Made by a program: the position numbers and the translations under genes. From Tubulanus polymorphus (taxonomy: Eukaryota > Animalia > Nemertea): a stretch of 64,000 nt of DNA. Location: contig NC_134030.1 in assembly GCF_964204645.1 (NCBI RefSeq), positions 12,607,947 to 12,671,946 on the forward strand, in the 5' to 3' direction. Of the stretch, positions 1 through 14,100 are shown piece after piece. Below the pieces are notes generated by a model that saw nothing but the letters and a program-made list of their open reading frames with translations, did no database searches and was not told the origin of the DNA. Position 1 is the stretch's first letter; each line of letters begins with the position of its first letter.

Positions 1-166
1 TCGAGTATAATAATAACATTTATGAATCATTAATTTGAATGAGGGGGCTATGAATTATTAAGGTGACTGATTAGAATAAAAAATCGCTATTTATTGAATA
101 GTTTGTTTTGCATTGTCAGTTGTTAGTTATTATTCAGTTAGTGAATTATTTATTTTCTTCTCTCAG

Positions 167-1472
167 TCAAAAAAATCCAAATGACCCTCCCCCGGTCGGT
201 GATGAAAGTCAACCTGGTTCTTCAGCATACGAACTCGACGATGTCGAATCACATTTTAGCGATGACGATGTCAGCGATGAAAATAACAATTTGATCAGTG
301 ATAATGGTGTCGAAATTATCACAACACAGGAGAATCAAGAAAAGTCTAATGCTAAAGGTAGGCCTATCCATTAGAATTAATTTCGGTTATTTTCAATATG
401 GCAGGTAGGTCCATGGTTTGACTGACACTGGAAAGTAAACTAAAAATATAGCTTGTCGTAGCCTATGGATGCCGTTTTACTATATCTTCTTTTACAGCTT
501 ATGAAGGGCACCAGTGTGGGCCTTTTTAAAATTTTTGATATTTCTATAAGTCTGTTATCTTGTCAAAAATCTGCATGAGACTATTTATTAAATTTTTCAG
601 GTCATGGTAAGCGTGCTGTAGGCTACAATGAATCATTGAAGAAGGAGAATCCTTGGGTGCGTGCTCATGTGTATACTGATCTAACCGAAGGAAAAACATA
701 CACTGGGTTGATATGTGATATCTGTAAAAGAACCAACACGAAAGCGATGAATGGTAGCGACGTATGGTGTAACACCCCCTTTCGATGCCTTCGACTGGAT
801 AAGGTTGTCCAACATTCTCGAAGTGAACAGCATAAACAAGCAATAGAGACAGATAAACAACGAGCGAACAATATGGACAAAATAGCGTCGGAAATGAATG
901 AAGGAGAGGTGAAGGCCGTAGCTGATGCCATGCGCATCCTCCATTTTTGTGTTGTGAATCATATTGCATATACAACAAATCTCAAACCATTAGTGGACCT
1001 GTGTGTTGAACTCGGTGCTGATAATCTTCCAACTCTTAATAAAGCCAAGAACTGCCAGTATACAAGCCATACAATTATCCAGGAGATGCTAGATACAATA
1101 TCAGAGATTATCCAACACGATGTTCTAGATGAAGTCCGGCAATCCCCAGCTTTTGGTCTGATGTTAGACGAGTTGACAGATAGTAGCATCAAAAAACATC
1201 TTGCGTTAGCTGCTAAACATATGAATAAAAATGGTCAACCAACAATGTCATTCTTAGCAGATGAGGAACTTGTTGATGCCTTGGCAGACAGCCTGTTAAA
1301 GAAAGTTACTGGTTGTTTAAACAAATTAGATCTAGACATAACCAAAATGCACAGCATTGCCACTGATGGACCAAATGTGATGATGGGAGTTAGTAATGGC
1401 CTCCATAGAAAGCTCAGAGATATTCAACCCACTCTTCTCACCCTCTCGACACTAACCCTATCGAAACCCTAA
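167..1472 (+). mobile_element. hAT-superfamily transposase (ZNF862/KIAA1586-like), spliced and 3'-truncated; exons ~167-357 and 601-~1440
   Basis: ORF 636-1472 has a TTF-type zinc finger (CDICK...HSRSEQH), FGLMLDELTD (first catalytic D) and IATDGPNVMMG (second D). The acceptor at 599-600 and the donor at 358-359 join the acidic upstream exon in frame. Homology stops at about 1440, just before the expected CxxH motif. Confidence 0.85.
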
Positions 1473-1483
1473 CCCTAAACCCA
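1452..1483. repeat. short degenerate telomere-like (CCCTAA)n tract
   Basis: ctaaccctatcgaaaccctaaccctaaaccca sits at the transposase truncation point. Confidence 0.6.
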
Positions 1484-2971
1484 ATATAATGATTTTATTG
1501 TTACTTTTATTAGTTAATACTATATATTAGTAAAATATATATATAGTAAAAACGTTCGGTAAAATAGCGGAAGTAAATACTTTGCCGTATACGGTTAAAT
1601 ATCCACTTCGTATTTTGGGCCCTAAATCGCATGTAAATTCGCCGATGCGCGATGGCGATCGATGCCATAATGGTTGTCAATCAAAGTTTCTAACCTTCAC
1701 TGAAATGTCACGACAGAAAATTTGCAAAAACCATGTTTTCAAACATAACTATCTCTTAAAGTGATGCGTATGTTTGTATTATTTCAATGTGTTACTATTG
1801 ATTCAAAGATGTACTGGTTGAAGAAAAGTTACATGTCCAAAAACGATATTTTATCAATTCAATTCAATGTATTGTGACGTACTATTATTCCATCCAACTC
1901 TTAGGCACTGTCTATTTGTGAGACGTCTTTATTAATATAAAAGAAAAGGTAGTTGATGAACTGTGAGCGTATAAGAAAAACTTTCAGACAGCAACACTAG
2001 GTCACACGGGCACCTGCTACAAGTAATCCCCTTCTATCTTCAAATGAAGCGAGATTTCTTAATGACGTCACTCAACGGTTGTAAGACGTTGGTGACCTAG
2101 TGTTGCCGCCTGAACACCAGTATTGTTTTGTCGATCTCCAGTATATTACACAATAGCCTACTGCGGCTATAAATAGTACAACATAGCGTTCTAAAACAAC
2201 GCGATCCACGGAAAATCGATACACGGTCTATATCTGAGTTCTACTGACTGCAATGAAGTGAGAACGACGAGGATTTATGGGACTCGAAACCAACAGAAAA
2301 AACACGTGTCGTTGATGGTGCAACCAACTGGCAGCTCTGTAAATGGTGCTAAACAATGAGAATGGCTGTTTGTATAAAGTGATTTCATGGTTGATTTCGT
2401 TTAGTTCACTCCTGAGAGCATTAGAGCACGCCAAATTTACAAAAATTCAAGGTCCCCCGCCAGCGTCGCGCCTTTGGCGCTCGCTTCCGGCGGCTGACTC
2501 TGCCGGTTGATGATGCTAATTCAATCCCAAAAATTGAAATTCGTAATTTTATTTCTGATATTTTTTTGATGGCCGATTATGATCCCTGCATTATCTTTTT
2601 AAACGTATCATAGCAAAAGACGTTTTTTCTCTGATTTATTGCAGTAACCACTCAACACTATCAAAAACCCCAGGAACTGTATCCCAAGCCCATCGATGAG
2701 TGCCTGTGATTTGAACTGCAAATGAATTCAAAATATCACGGAAATACCTTGTATTGATATTCAATTGTTTATTTATCCGCTTTAAAGTTCCAATAAACAA
2801 TTAGTCGTTAAGGATCATTATCAGGCAGGCGCAACGCCATACTATATGAAAATAACAAGGGATGAAACGTTTTCGCTTTTGCCTGTGACCGTATTGATGC
2901 GGCAGAAATCACTGCGCATGCGCGGCATCTTCCGAGTGCTTTTGAGCTGTCAATCAAACTACACATTCTAG

Positions 2972-4410
2972 TTTTTAGCCCACTTGGGACTAAAGTCCCA
3001 GCGGGCTATTGCGTTCACTTTTCGTTCATTCTTCCATAGACGGAATCCAGTTATTTTGGAAAGTTTTGAAGACGCTTCAAGGTAATGTCTTGATATTTAG
3101 TTCATACATATATCTACCCTAGACACATCTTCAGCCCAAAAACTGGCCCTGTCAGATTCAAGATGGCCGACTGGCAGCCATTGTTCAAAATCAGCACTTT
3201 TTACACATTTTTGAAGTTTTCGAGGGAAATTTTGAAGATGCTTTGTGACCTTTTTTTGCCCAAAAATGTCAATTTTCGCCTGAATACTGAGTCCAGTAGC
3301 TTCCTAATGGTTTGCCATTTTTCATTGAAATTGCTGATGGGCATTCTTTGGAAAGGGATATTTTATATCCGAGACAGGTATTTTTGGTCAGGCAATTAGG
3401 ACGCAATTGGCAGCCATCTTGGTGTCATCAGTACTCATTCGTAGGTGGAAAAAAGTTTTTCCACATTATATTGATACTTAACCCTTTCAGTGCTGACTTA
3501 TTTATACCCTATAGTGCTGGAGATAATTTGAAAATTTTGAAAAATTCCACCCTAGTGTGTTGAATAACGGGAATAGTGCGTCTACACCGTGGCGCGGTGT
3601 ATCAATAGTTACTAATATTTCACTACGTTTGACAGGTGCTGCCAGATAATTACTAATTACTAATTACATCAATACACCGCAGTGCGGTGTACTAGCAAAA
3701 TCCATCACCGATTCATACAACGCACTGCGGTGTAGACGCACTGAAAGGGTTAAGCATATTTTGTTACCACAATCAATGGTTTTTGTATATGGCCACCAGA
3801 GGGCGTTGAACAATACAGTAACTTAGTATTTCTATATTATATTCATACATATGCATATTTTGTTACCACAATCAATTGGAAAGTTGTAACTCATGATATG
3901 GTCTATGATTGTGGTGAGTTTCAAGGACATTAGTTTTCTATATGGTCACTAGGGGGGTTGAATAGTAGAATAACTTAGTATTTCCTTATTATATTGGTAC
4001 CTAGGCATATTTTGTTACCATGATCAATTGCAAAGTTGTAGCTCGTGACATGTTCTATGATTATGGTGAGTTTCAAGGTCATTGGGCTTTGCATATGGTC
4101 ACCAGGGGCGTTGAATAGAGAATAACTTATCATATTGGTAACTAGGCATATTTTGTTACCACAATCAATTACAAATAGTAGCTGCTGACATATTCTATGA
4201 TTGTGGTGAATTCAAGGTCATTGTATTTTTACCTTCATGACGTAGTCACGAAGGTTATAAGATGGTAGTGAGTCAATGACATCATTTTCGTGTCGCCACT
4301 TATAACTTGTTTGAAGGTGATTGGATGGGGCGTTGAATATTGAAATTGTTAGATTGTTGAGCGTCTGAAACCACTTCCCAAGTGGGCATGGTATCCCTGG
4401 ACCCCTAGTT
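2972..4410 (+). mobile_element. non-autonomous Helentron-like element (HINE family C) with ~150-bp satellite array
   Basis: T-run followed by 5' hairpin agcccacttgggactaaagtcccagcgggct; 3' subTIR tcccaagtgggc, short hairpin and T-run; tandem monomers at 3753-4225; same 3' end at 14828-14868 and 32040-32080. Confidence 0.75.
3482..3749. mobile_element. piggyBac-type MITE
   Basis: TTAA at 3478-3481 and 3750-3753; TIR ccctttcagtgc / gcactgaaaggg. Confidence 0.85.
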
Positions 4411-4601
4411 TTATGTAGTATGATCTTTGGGGCAGCGAAAATGGGCTTGTCTTTTCATATAAGGATATATAAACAGAAAATGAGCATTATCGCCACATAG
4501 CCTATACCATCTTAGATATTTTAGTGCGACTGAGAAATTGCAGCAACTCGTCGCTCATCTGCGGGGTCATGCGACTGATTGCAGTTTTCATCACAAGTGA
4601 C

Positions 4602-4972
4602 CGATCGCACAATATCAAACATGTTTGATATTGTGCGATCGAAAATCGTTGAATCACTCATCAATCACTCCGTGTCCGGCAGCTGGGTACCCAATTTTTT
4701 GTTATCAACGGAAACACCAAGTTCGCAATGATATAAAAAAATAGCTCTAGCACTTTTATGAGATTATTATAAAGCCCATGGCTTTGCAATCCAGTTTCGA
4801 ACCCACGTATCACGATCGCGTTGGATTGAATACGACGGTGTCCTCGACGCATCAAAATCAAATATGTTCCCATCAAAGCAGCGGAGGTTTCATCATCGAT
4901 GTCCGCCATTTTGGGTATCATGTGATTAATTGCCTCATCGTCGTCTCTCCCTAGTCGCATGCCGGCGCACAC
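4602..4972 (-). mobile_element. probable PIF/Harbinger-derived fragment with a 40-bp perfect palindrome
   Basis: Palindrome at 4602-4641; minus-strand peptide LMRRGHRR...SHGLYNNLIKVL resembles the N-terminus of Harbinger-type transposases. Confidence 0.45.
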
Positions 4973-5104
4973 ACATTTAAGAATTGCAGATTGAATTTCT
5001 TTCGGTCTTCTATGGCTACAAGTGATTATGATTTACTCAAACATAGGCCTCTTTTCTCTTATCTTTGAACAGGTGAAATTTGAAAATAATTTGTTCAGAA
5101 GAAG

Positions 5105-5162
5105 ATGGCAATGCATGACCGTGAAGTGATAACTGAGTTAGCTAATCTTCTTCGAACGAGTG
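5105..5162 (+). CDS. STK11IP: STK11IP coding exon 1 (acceptor at 5071-5072 implies an upstream UTR exon)
   Basis: MAMHDREVITELANLLRTSG; donor gtaggt. Confidence 0.85.
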
Positions 5163-8100
5163 GTAGGTAATCAAATATCATTAGTTGATTAATTAGAACA
5201 TTCAGCCTCAACAAAGAATTTGTTATCGTTTGCAGGAGATTGGATTTTAGAAGAAGGTGTTAAACTCTCATTGACTTCTGTATCATTAAGCATATTGAAT
5301 GAAGGATTCAGAAAGTTAGAAAACTACAGATTACAGCAGATAGACACCAGCACAGGAGTGGCCCCAGTGAATCTCGTACTTGCAAACAAAGGGGATGATG
5401 ACAAAAATAGAATATTCGATGATCTAACTTTCCTCTATGCATTCATACCTAAAATATCTGCCTTGAAGGTTAGCTGTATAATTAGTTCAATAAGTATTTA
5501 GCCTGCTTAAAACCCAACTTTGTGATCCAAGGACCCTTAAATCTTACATGATTCAGTTTCCAAATGATGCGTATATGTTTATATTAAACAAATAGAGATC
5601 AGCCAGATAATAAAAAGCAATAGTAACCTCAAATATAGCACTCAGTCATGCCTCAGTTTGTGGCAGTACTGTTTTATGATGTCGCTTCTGTAATCAACGA
5701 AAGCATGTGTGTTACTCAGTACGCATAGGCTATGTGAAATGTACATAAAAGTATCATTGATTTCACTATACAAATTTTCACAGATATACACCCTGCTTTC
5801 TAATACATGAACTGTTATACGCGGTAATGTTCATTCAAATCATGTCCTGAACTGGGAACAGATTTCACTCATATGTATATCTATTTACAGGTAATTCATG
5901 GTACAAGTACAATCCAAGGGCCAATTTGTTTGGAGGAGTTCCGTAACCTTCAAGTTCTCGAAGTTAAGAAAGTTCCTGTGCATTTATTATCTGGTATAGA
6001 GAAACTCCAACTTCAGCTCTGTACAATCATCTGCTCCAGGTGTATCCAAGCCGCTCAGGATCTCTTCGAAGCTTGCGGTGGAGACATGTGCTCGGCTCAC
6101 ATGTGGCCGAAATTAACAACTGTCAGTCTGTCCTCAAATAATCTGGACACTCTTGATGGCTCATTTGTATGTATGATTTATTAATGATTCAGGGAGAGTC
6201 ACACAGGGGTGGATCCATTGGGGGGGGTTAAGGGGGTCTCAACCCCCTGCTCAGTTATCAAAAATTTTCTGATAGTGATATCTTTATCAATTGATCTTTA
6301 TCAATTGCAGTTTCGGCATCTGCAAGAAATTACTGTACGTAATGCACAAATTTTTACGTAACGAACAAAAAATTGTATCTGCGTAAAACACTGTGTTTGA
6401 CCCCTTTTCTCAGATTTTCGATCCGCCCCTGGTCACAGGTTTATATAAGCCCATTATGGCACTTAAGACCAGTCTTATGACTAAAGGATGATGGACTTAA
6501 CTCTAAGCACCATAGTCGCATTAATGTCATATGCCCATAAACCACCATAGTTGCAAAATTGCAAGAGTTGCTGTGTGGACATTTTCATGCCCACTGATGA
6601 TTACGGTTCATGCCAGCACAAATAAGTTCATTGCTTCAGTTAGTACAGATCAGTAGCTATTGATTGATTCAGAGACAAGGTTCCTTCTCAATTTAAGTCT
6701 GTACATGAGAAAATTTAAAATGTCCTCAAATATACTTCTGATTTTGAGTCTGATGGGCCTACTGACAGAGAGGGAGAAAAAGATAGCAGTAAGGTCCTTC
6801 AAAGTTGATACCTTGTTTTCATCCAAACCTCTAGACATAACGGGGCGGGCAGATTTTTTGGTTATGAGCTTTTTTGAAATAGAAAAGTGGAAATGAACTT
6901 GTATGTTTATCTTTTCCAAGGAGAAGAAGGCGGGAAGTTTTTTCTTTTTAAATCCAAAAATTATTCACTGTGTAATACTTATATGAGATGAGGGCGGGAG
7001 TTTTTCAGAGTCTCGATCCATAGAAGGTTAAGTGTGCAGGACCAAGACATGTTCATTTGCTTATTTTCTTTATCTGTTACATTTAAACAGCATAATTTCA
7101 AACAAATGCAGTCTAAAATGGCATATAATCTCCAGGGTCACATGCCCAATAATTTTGTGAATGGTTGGGAATGTCATTCTTATCATATCTAAACTCTTAA
7201 TAGACCAAAGAACACTACGCTAATTTTTCTCTTGATTGACTGGCTTATTAGGCTCCAGTTCATCATAGAAAAATTAGAAAATGTTCATAAGTGCATTACT
7301 AATACACAATACTAATTATCAATAAAAGCAATATTTGATTTCTGATATTTTTAGTCCTGGCCTGCGAAATGCATAAAAAAAAGCCGACCGTGAACATTCT
7401 GACACAGGTTTCAGACTTAATCATTTTCTTTTTATTTTGGCTTTCGGGAGTGACGCGGGCGGCTTCGCCATATGATGAGAAGCAAGGTATCAACTTTGAA
7501 GGGCCTAATTTCTAACATTCGATCTGATTTTAAGAAAAAGATTTTTTCTGAATAGGAAATACATTTTACCTACAACTTTTTCTTTAACGCCATAACTCTA
7601 TACCACAAAGGGGTGCAGGTATAAGGTATCAAAGGGAACCCTCAGTAGGGCTGATTTATTGGAAAAATGGCTGGCGATTGAGGGGTTATTTATGGTCATT
7701 CGTCTGGCGCTTAAGAGTTAAGCCAGGACTACAACTGTGCCACGATTTTAGTAATGATGCTACTCCATGGTCTTTTACCTAGCTTACCACATGAGACTTT
7801 TATTATTTTTAGCGGTTACTTCCTGCTGTCAAAACTCTTGACTTGAGCCAGAACATGCTTAGGAATACAGAAAACTATCTTGAGGTATGTTATGTCAACC
7901 CTAAAAATGTTTTGAATTTTAGACTTAAAATATTTGGCTTTTTGAAATTCTTATTCCGCATGCCAGTGTTTATTAGGCCAGCCGTAGGCCGAGCCTATTA
8001 CTATACAAATGGAGTGAATTTAAATGATATGGTTTCCAGAGTAAAGGCTCTGACTGTGCAACTGAGCATATATTCAAACAAATCATTCATGAGAGCATTA

Positions 8101-11100
8101 TCCATTCTCCAACCCCTATGAAGCTTAATTTTGAAAGAGGGCCTCATTAAGATTTATATGAGCTTTTCCGCGAAAATCTGATCGCAAAAATATCTTGTTT
8201 TAAAAAGCCAATCAGAAAGCAATGGCTCCTCTATGATTGGCTTAGCCGCAGAGATCAGCAGGTGTTCACGTTAACTCGCGGTATAGTCTACCGTTTTACT
8301 TCCGGGTTTTATTTTGAGATTTAAAATTGTATTTCATTATCGATTTCTGTCAAATCTTTAGTTGATTTTTGGTTTTTGGGAAGAATATTTTTATTTGCAC
8401 TACAGAAAATATTGACAATTGTGCAAAGTCCCATAAAAATAGCTTTTTCTCAAATCTGATTGCATCCTTGATATACTAATTGGCCATGTGCTCAATCTGA
8501 AAATTCAATCAAATTTGATTCTGCAAAGAAAATATCAAATCCAATTCAATTTTATTCAATTGGACAGGGTAACACAGCAAATCCAATTCAATTTTGTTGT
8601 ATTGAGTATTCCGCATTCAAATCAATAAGACCAAGGGAAAAGATTTATCTGAGGTATTTGTTCCTGCCAGCTCCAGTTGCTGTCTGTGCTACCTATGAAA
8701 ACACAATTGAATTGTGTAAATTATTATCCTGGGATTGACTAGTCTATGATGAGCCGGTAGTGTATTTGGACAAATTTAAGCCACAGAATGCATCATTTAC
8801 CATTTTATGAAAAGCTGACAGGCTGGCCATAGTGCCCCTTGGGGCTCTTGTCTTGATGAAAAAAATTGATATGCTGATGTATTTTTATGCAGTAGTAATT
8901 TGCATATAAGATCATTGTACAGGTTGACTGATATTGAGTAGTCCTTAATAAACCTAATGCATTAAATTGCTGGTGTGACTGGCAGTCATTGTTGTTTGCC
9001 AAAATATGCACTTACACATTTTTAGGCCAGCCATAGGCTGAGCCTATACGGGATATCGACAAATTCAAGTTCTTGAATTACTAGTTTGATGGCGCTAGTC
9101 AGAATTGGAACCTAAATCAGCCATGTTCTAGTTCATTTGCAATAAAAATCTCTCACTTCAAGTTTTTATTTAGCGATATGATTATTTCATATGTCGCCAT
9201 AGGTATTGTTTCATTTTAATACCCAGTGATTGTGTTGATTGAGATTTAAGTGAAGCGAACGTTCACTACACAAGGCCTCCACTTGCGCGGAGTGCTTTGC
9301 ACACACAAACACAAGCTCATACCACAGGCACTTGAATATGGGCTTTGACCTTGTTGTGAGTTAAAAATGATAAAATTTATCGTAATCAACGATAAAAATA
9401 CCACCGGGGTTGCCATCTTAATTATCCATGATGCAACTGTTTTACCCATGATCCGACGCACACCCCTCGTCTAACTATACTATACAGAAAGGCTGGAAAC
9501 GCTCCTATCTCCGTAATGCTTAAATCTACCCGCACATATCAGGACAGCTGATGTCACAGCAATCCCGAAGAGGCATCGCGAATTTTCAAAAATCAATTTT
9601 CTTGCCAGTTAAAATCTTTAACGGAGCTAAAACAGTGTCGATGTTTCCAAAATATCATCTACAATTGAAATTATGGGCGCTCCTTATATTTTAGAATTAA
9701 AATTGACTCCTTGGGACGTACTTCGGCAATCGTCGGCAGTGTTCGGCTGTCCCGATAATTGCGGGTAGATTTAAACATAACAGAGATAGGAGCGTTTCCA
9801 GCCTTTCTGTATAGTATAGTTAAACGACGAGCACTCTTTGCATCATGGGTAAGTTATTATAAAACATGGCGGATTATCGAAGTAGGAACAACGTATCGCT
9901 GGTGAATTATTAAATATTTATCCATTATCAAAGCCCATATTCAAGTGCCTGTGCTCATACAGACTACTATATGGTGATGCTGTAACGCTGCTTGGCGTGT
10001 GCACGTTAGGTAATGATGATAACAGGCTGAATAATCATTGTAGCAGAAGATGAGCGCTGTGTTTTCTGTTTGATAGAATTTTTAATAAATTGTAATTTCT
10101 TGTGACCTGAAAATACTTAGCAGCAAATACTAACTAACTATAGGTATAGGTCGAGGTCTGAATATTATTGTAGTGGTAAATTCCAGGGTTTAAAACGATC
10201 TAATACTATGCCCCAGCGTTTTAGCTTCCGCGGCCATACATTGAGAGAGGTTTCATTTCCAAAACTCAATATTCAGCCACCCTCTGATACGTGGCATCAT
10301 ATGAATTTTATTTGAATATGATGCGATTGACGACATGGCGAACCTCCGTCGATGACATGGTCAACTGAATTGAAATTCTACGAAAAACTGTTTTTGGTGG
10401 GAAAATTCTTAGCTCTCGCGTATAAAATTGCAATGAGCTCAATTGGGGGGGCGTCCTCTCTACGAGCGAATGGGATTGGCTGTTTTTGGGATATACGGGG
10501 AATTCCGACGCTACTAAAATAATTATGGGAAAGCCATAGAATGGCGTACGTTTCATTGGACTAGGCGCCGTGTACGTGCAAATTTCAAATGTCATTGCTG
10601 GTGAGGATGTAATTATCCGTAACATCCGCCATAGGTATTGTTTCATTTTAATACCCGGTGATTGTTATGATTGACATTGAGGTGTAAGCGAAATTTTCAC
10701 TTACACGAGGCCTCCACGTGCACGAGGAGTGCTACGCGACACACAAGCTCATACAGTACACTACTAAGGGTGATGCTGTAACACGTGCATGTTTGACATG
10801 AAAATAGGCTGAATAATCGTAGCAGAAGATGAGCGCTGTGTTTTCTGTTCGATAGAATTTGTAATGAATTGTAATTTCTTGTGACCTGAAAATACTAAGC
10901 AGCAAACTATAAGGTCTGTCGAGGTCTGAATATTGTAGTGGTAAATTCCAGGATTTAAAACGATCTAATAGCCGATTTCTTTTGTACCGGTATTTTAGCT
11001 TCTGCGGCCAACATTGAAAGAGGTTTCCAAGACCCAATATTCAGCCACCCTCTGATATGTGACATCATATGAATTTTAGGCCATCCCAAAATAATGGTCT

Positions 11101-14100
11101 GTGTGCCGTAACCCGACCGACCAGACTTCAAAGGTACCGAGTGAAAACGTTTTTCTGGGATTCATTGAAATAGATTTTATTTTTGATAAAAACTGCCGAC
11201 CGACCGACCCACTGCCGACGTATGAGCATCGTGTGAAAACATGCCTTGACATGTGGCCTAGTTTAAGTTTTCCAGGAAACTGGCAGTGTTCCAATAAGCT
11301 GCCATTCATTCTAATAGTGGACTATATTAAAGCTGGTAACGTAAAAGCGCGCACATATTCAATGTACTGTTTCATTTTTAACACAGAGATGACGCTCTGG
11401 ACGAAGTTATAATTTTAGAGTAATTCTTCAAATCTACGCTATTAGACAAATTTCCCGTGCACAACGTAGATGATTTTTTGCGATATTGTTTCCATGTAAA
11501 AAAGGTGAAAAATTTGTTTTTTTTGCCCAAAAATTTTGCAAAAAAAAAATTTCTAGGGCCTACCTACCTACTGACTCATCCTGAAAAGTTGAGTTGGTGT
11601 TACGGCAAACAGATAATTATTTTGGGATGGCCTTATTTGAATATTTTTTCATATTGTGAAACATATTTTTTTGAAAATATAAAATAGTTTCCCTGCCGCG
11701 CCTACCTGTACCCTACGAAATTTTGGATGTAGACCATAAACAAATGTTTATCTTTGGTCTTATTTGATTACAAAATAATTCTTTAAGAAAGATAAAACAC
11801 AATATAAACTTCTAGAACTTTGAAGTCACGAATAATAAAGATTTTTCAAGCAATGCCCTTACTCCAAACAACCTCTAGCTTTCAAGGTAAACCACACTTT
11901 GCCCATGGGCAATTTATTTCATGTAGTGTGATTTTTGGGGCAGCTAAAATGGGCTTGTCTTTTCATGTAAGGATATATTAACAGAAAATGAACATTATCG
12001 CCACATTGCCTATACCATCTTAACTATTTTTAAACGTGGTCCATCATTACAATGTAAATCTTTCTGTAATACTTTGAATACTGGATCATTCCTCTTCTAC
12101 TGCGTCATGAAGGTATAAGGCCAATGGGCCTCTTGTTATAAGCGAACAAGTCTGTCTGATGCCTCTTTCTTTCTGTTACCGGTTTGTTATTAGTAGGTTC
12201 TTCATGCGTATAGTATCTTCTTGATCTATCATCGCGATCTTTCAGCAGCCGCCATTATATCAGTCACACTGATTACCGCAGAGAACCAATGCAGCTTTGG
12301 CGGCATAAAAGGGAGATTGTGTTTAAAAATACTCTCTATGTATTTCATTTTGTTTTTCACTTCGACCAAAATAGATGAAGCAGAGTCATGAATTGATACA
12401 TTATAAAAGAAATCAAGTTTCATCGGTTTATTGCAAAAGGAGATTACACTATGTCATCGATATTTCCACAGCAGTGCGTGCTGCACTGCTGTATAGTAAG
12501 GTGCTTGAGCAGTGAATAGGTTGACAGCCGGCTGATCTATGTATCGTGTGAATACTTGTGGGAAGCCACGTGTATGTCCGCTCTCGCCAGTGATCTTTTG
12601 TAAACAAAATACATTAGCCCGTAATCTAGTTGAAGATCCTACGATAACCTTTTGTTATCAACTATTTCCTGGTCGGATCAAAATTTTATTTTCTATTTTG
12701 CTTAACCCTTTTAAGTTCATGCTAGGTCGAGACGGAAAAACATAGGCTTCACGTTCACGCTCGACCAAGTTTTATTATAAATCTTTGCTTATGGTGAATT
12801 TGGAGATGATGATTTAGAGCTAATAGACAATGTATCCAGTGACTTTATAAAACAGTTCAGATGATATTTATGATATAGACGTCGAAAATCAAACCCTTCT
12901 CAAGGCCAAGTCCTGGCCCTGACTCTGATGAATCTGACAAATACTGACCAATGCTATCTAACTAAAATACTCAAACCTGGTATCATAAGAAAGGTCATAA
13001 TATTGTCTACAAACTTTTTTTTCGCTGCTAAGCTATAGGACCGGGAACAAAGAATGTTTTATGTTTTGCCATATGAAAATACAATTGTACTGTGTAAATT
13101 ATAGTATTGACTCTGAGCTGGGAGTATATTTTGACAAATTTAACCCACAGAATGCATCATTTGCCAGTTTATGAAAAGCTGATAGGCTGGCCATATAGCC
13201 CCTTGGGGCTCGTTGAAGGTTTTACGGGAAATTTTTATGACACTTTGATCGATATTATTGATGTTTCATAGATATATGTATAGCTGGGAATGGATATCTA
13301 CCCATATTTATGTTTATGGACTTATGTATACTCCATCTTTATTTAGAATTGATATCACTTAAGTACTAACTGATTTAATGACTTGAATGGTTGGATTTTA
13401 TGTTATATGTTTGACCCTCTCCAAGTGTTTTTCTTATTTTTCTTACAGAATTTAACCAATCTACATTATGTCAATTTGTCATGTAATCGACTGGTTCATG
13501 TACCAACCTTCTCTGTCACTGCGAAACACAGACTAGTCAAGTTAATTCTCAGCAATAATAACCTTGATAATATTGATGGTATTCAAGAGTTGATAAATCT
13601 GGTGGAGCTCGATCTGTCCGGAAATTGTCTTTGCACACATGACAAAATCAATTTACTCTGTTATCTACACCGGTTAAATGTAGTAAGTAAATTCCATTTG
13701 ATTGAATATTTTTTCATTGGTGTACTGGTGAAATAAGTAGCCCACTTGGTAGTTTAGGCCAAGAAGTTTGTTGTGTACACTTATTTCTAGTCTTGATATT
13801 TGATAATTGTTAACACTCAAAGGATACATCACCTACGCCTAGTGAGCCCAGCCATAAGCTGAGCCTATTACTATACAAATGGAGCGATTTTAAATGACAG
13901 GGTTTCCAGAGCAAAATCTCTTTCACGGTGCTACTGAGCATACATTGACACAAATCATTCATTAGAGCATTATCCATTCTCCAACCCCTATGAAGCTGAA
14001 TTTTGAAAGAGGGCCTCGCTGATATTTATATGAGCTTTTTCGCAAAAATCTGAATGCAAAGACATCTGTTTTAAAAATCCAATCAGAAAGCAAAGACTCC

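Larger units (their letters stand above)
9021..13215 (+). mobile_element. chimeric HINE cluster (family E 5' end, duplicated family F body, stacked 3' ends of families F, D and E)
   Basis: Segments match 17502-18372, 19430-20287, 62764-63556, 54060-54276 and 8700-8851. Confidence 0.6.

Noticed and set aside
6590-6675. C/D-box snoRNA-like tgatga
   Set aside because: No convincing D box with terminal stem or guide sequence.
7352-7730. tagtcctggc...gccaggacta inverted pair (Academ-like ends)
   Set aside because: Only 10 bp and no TSD.
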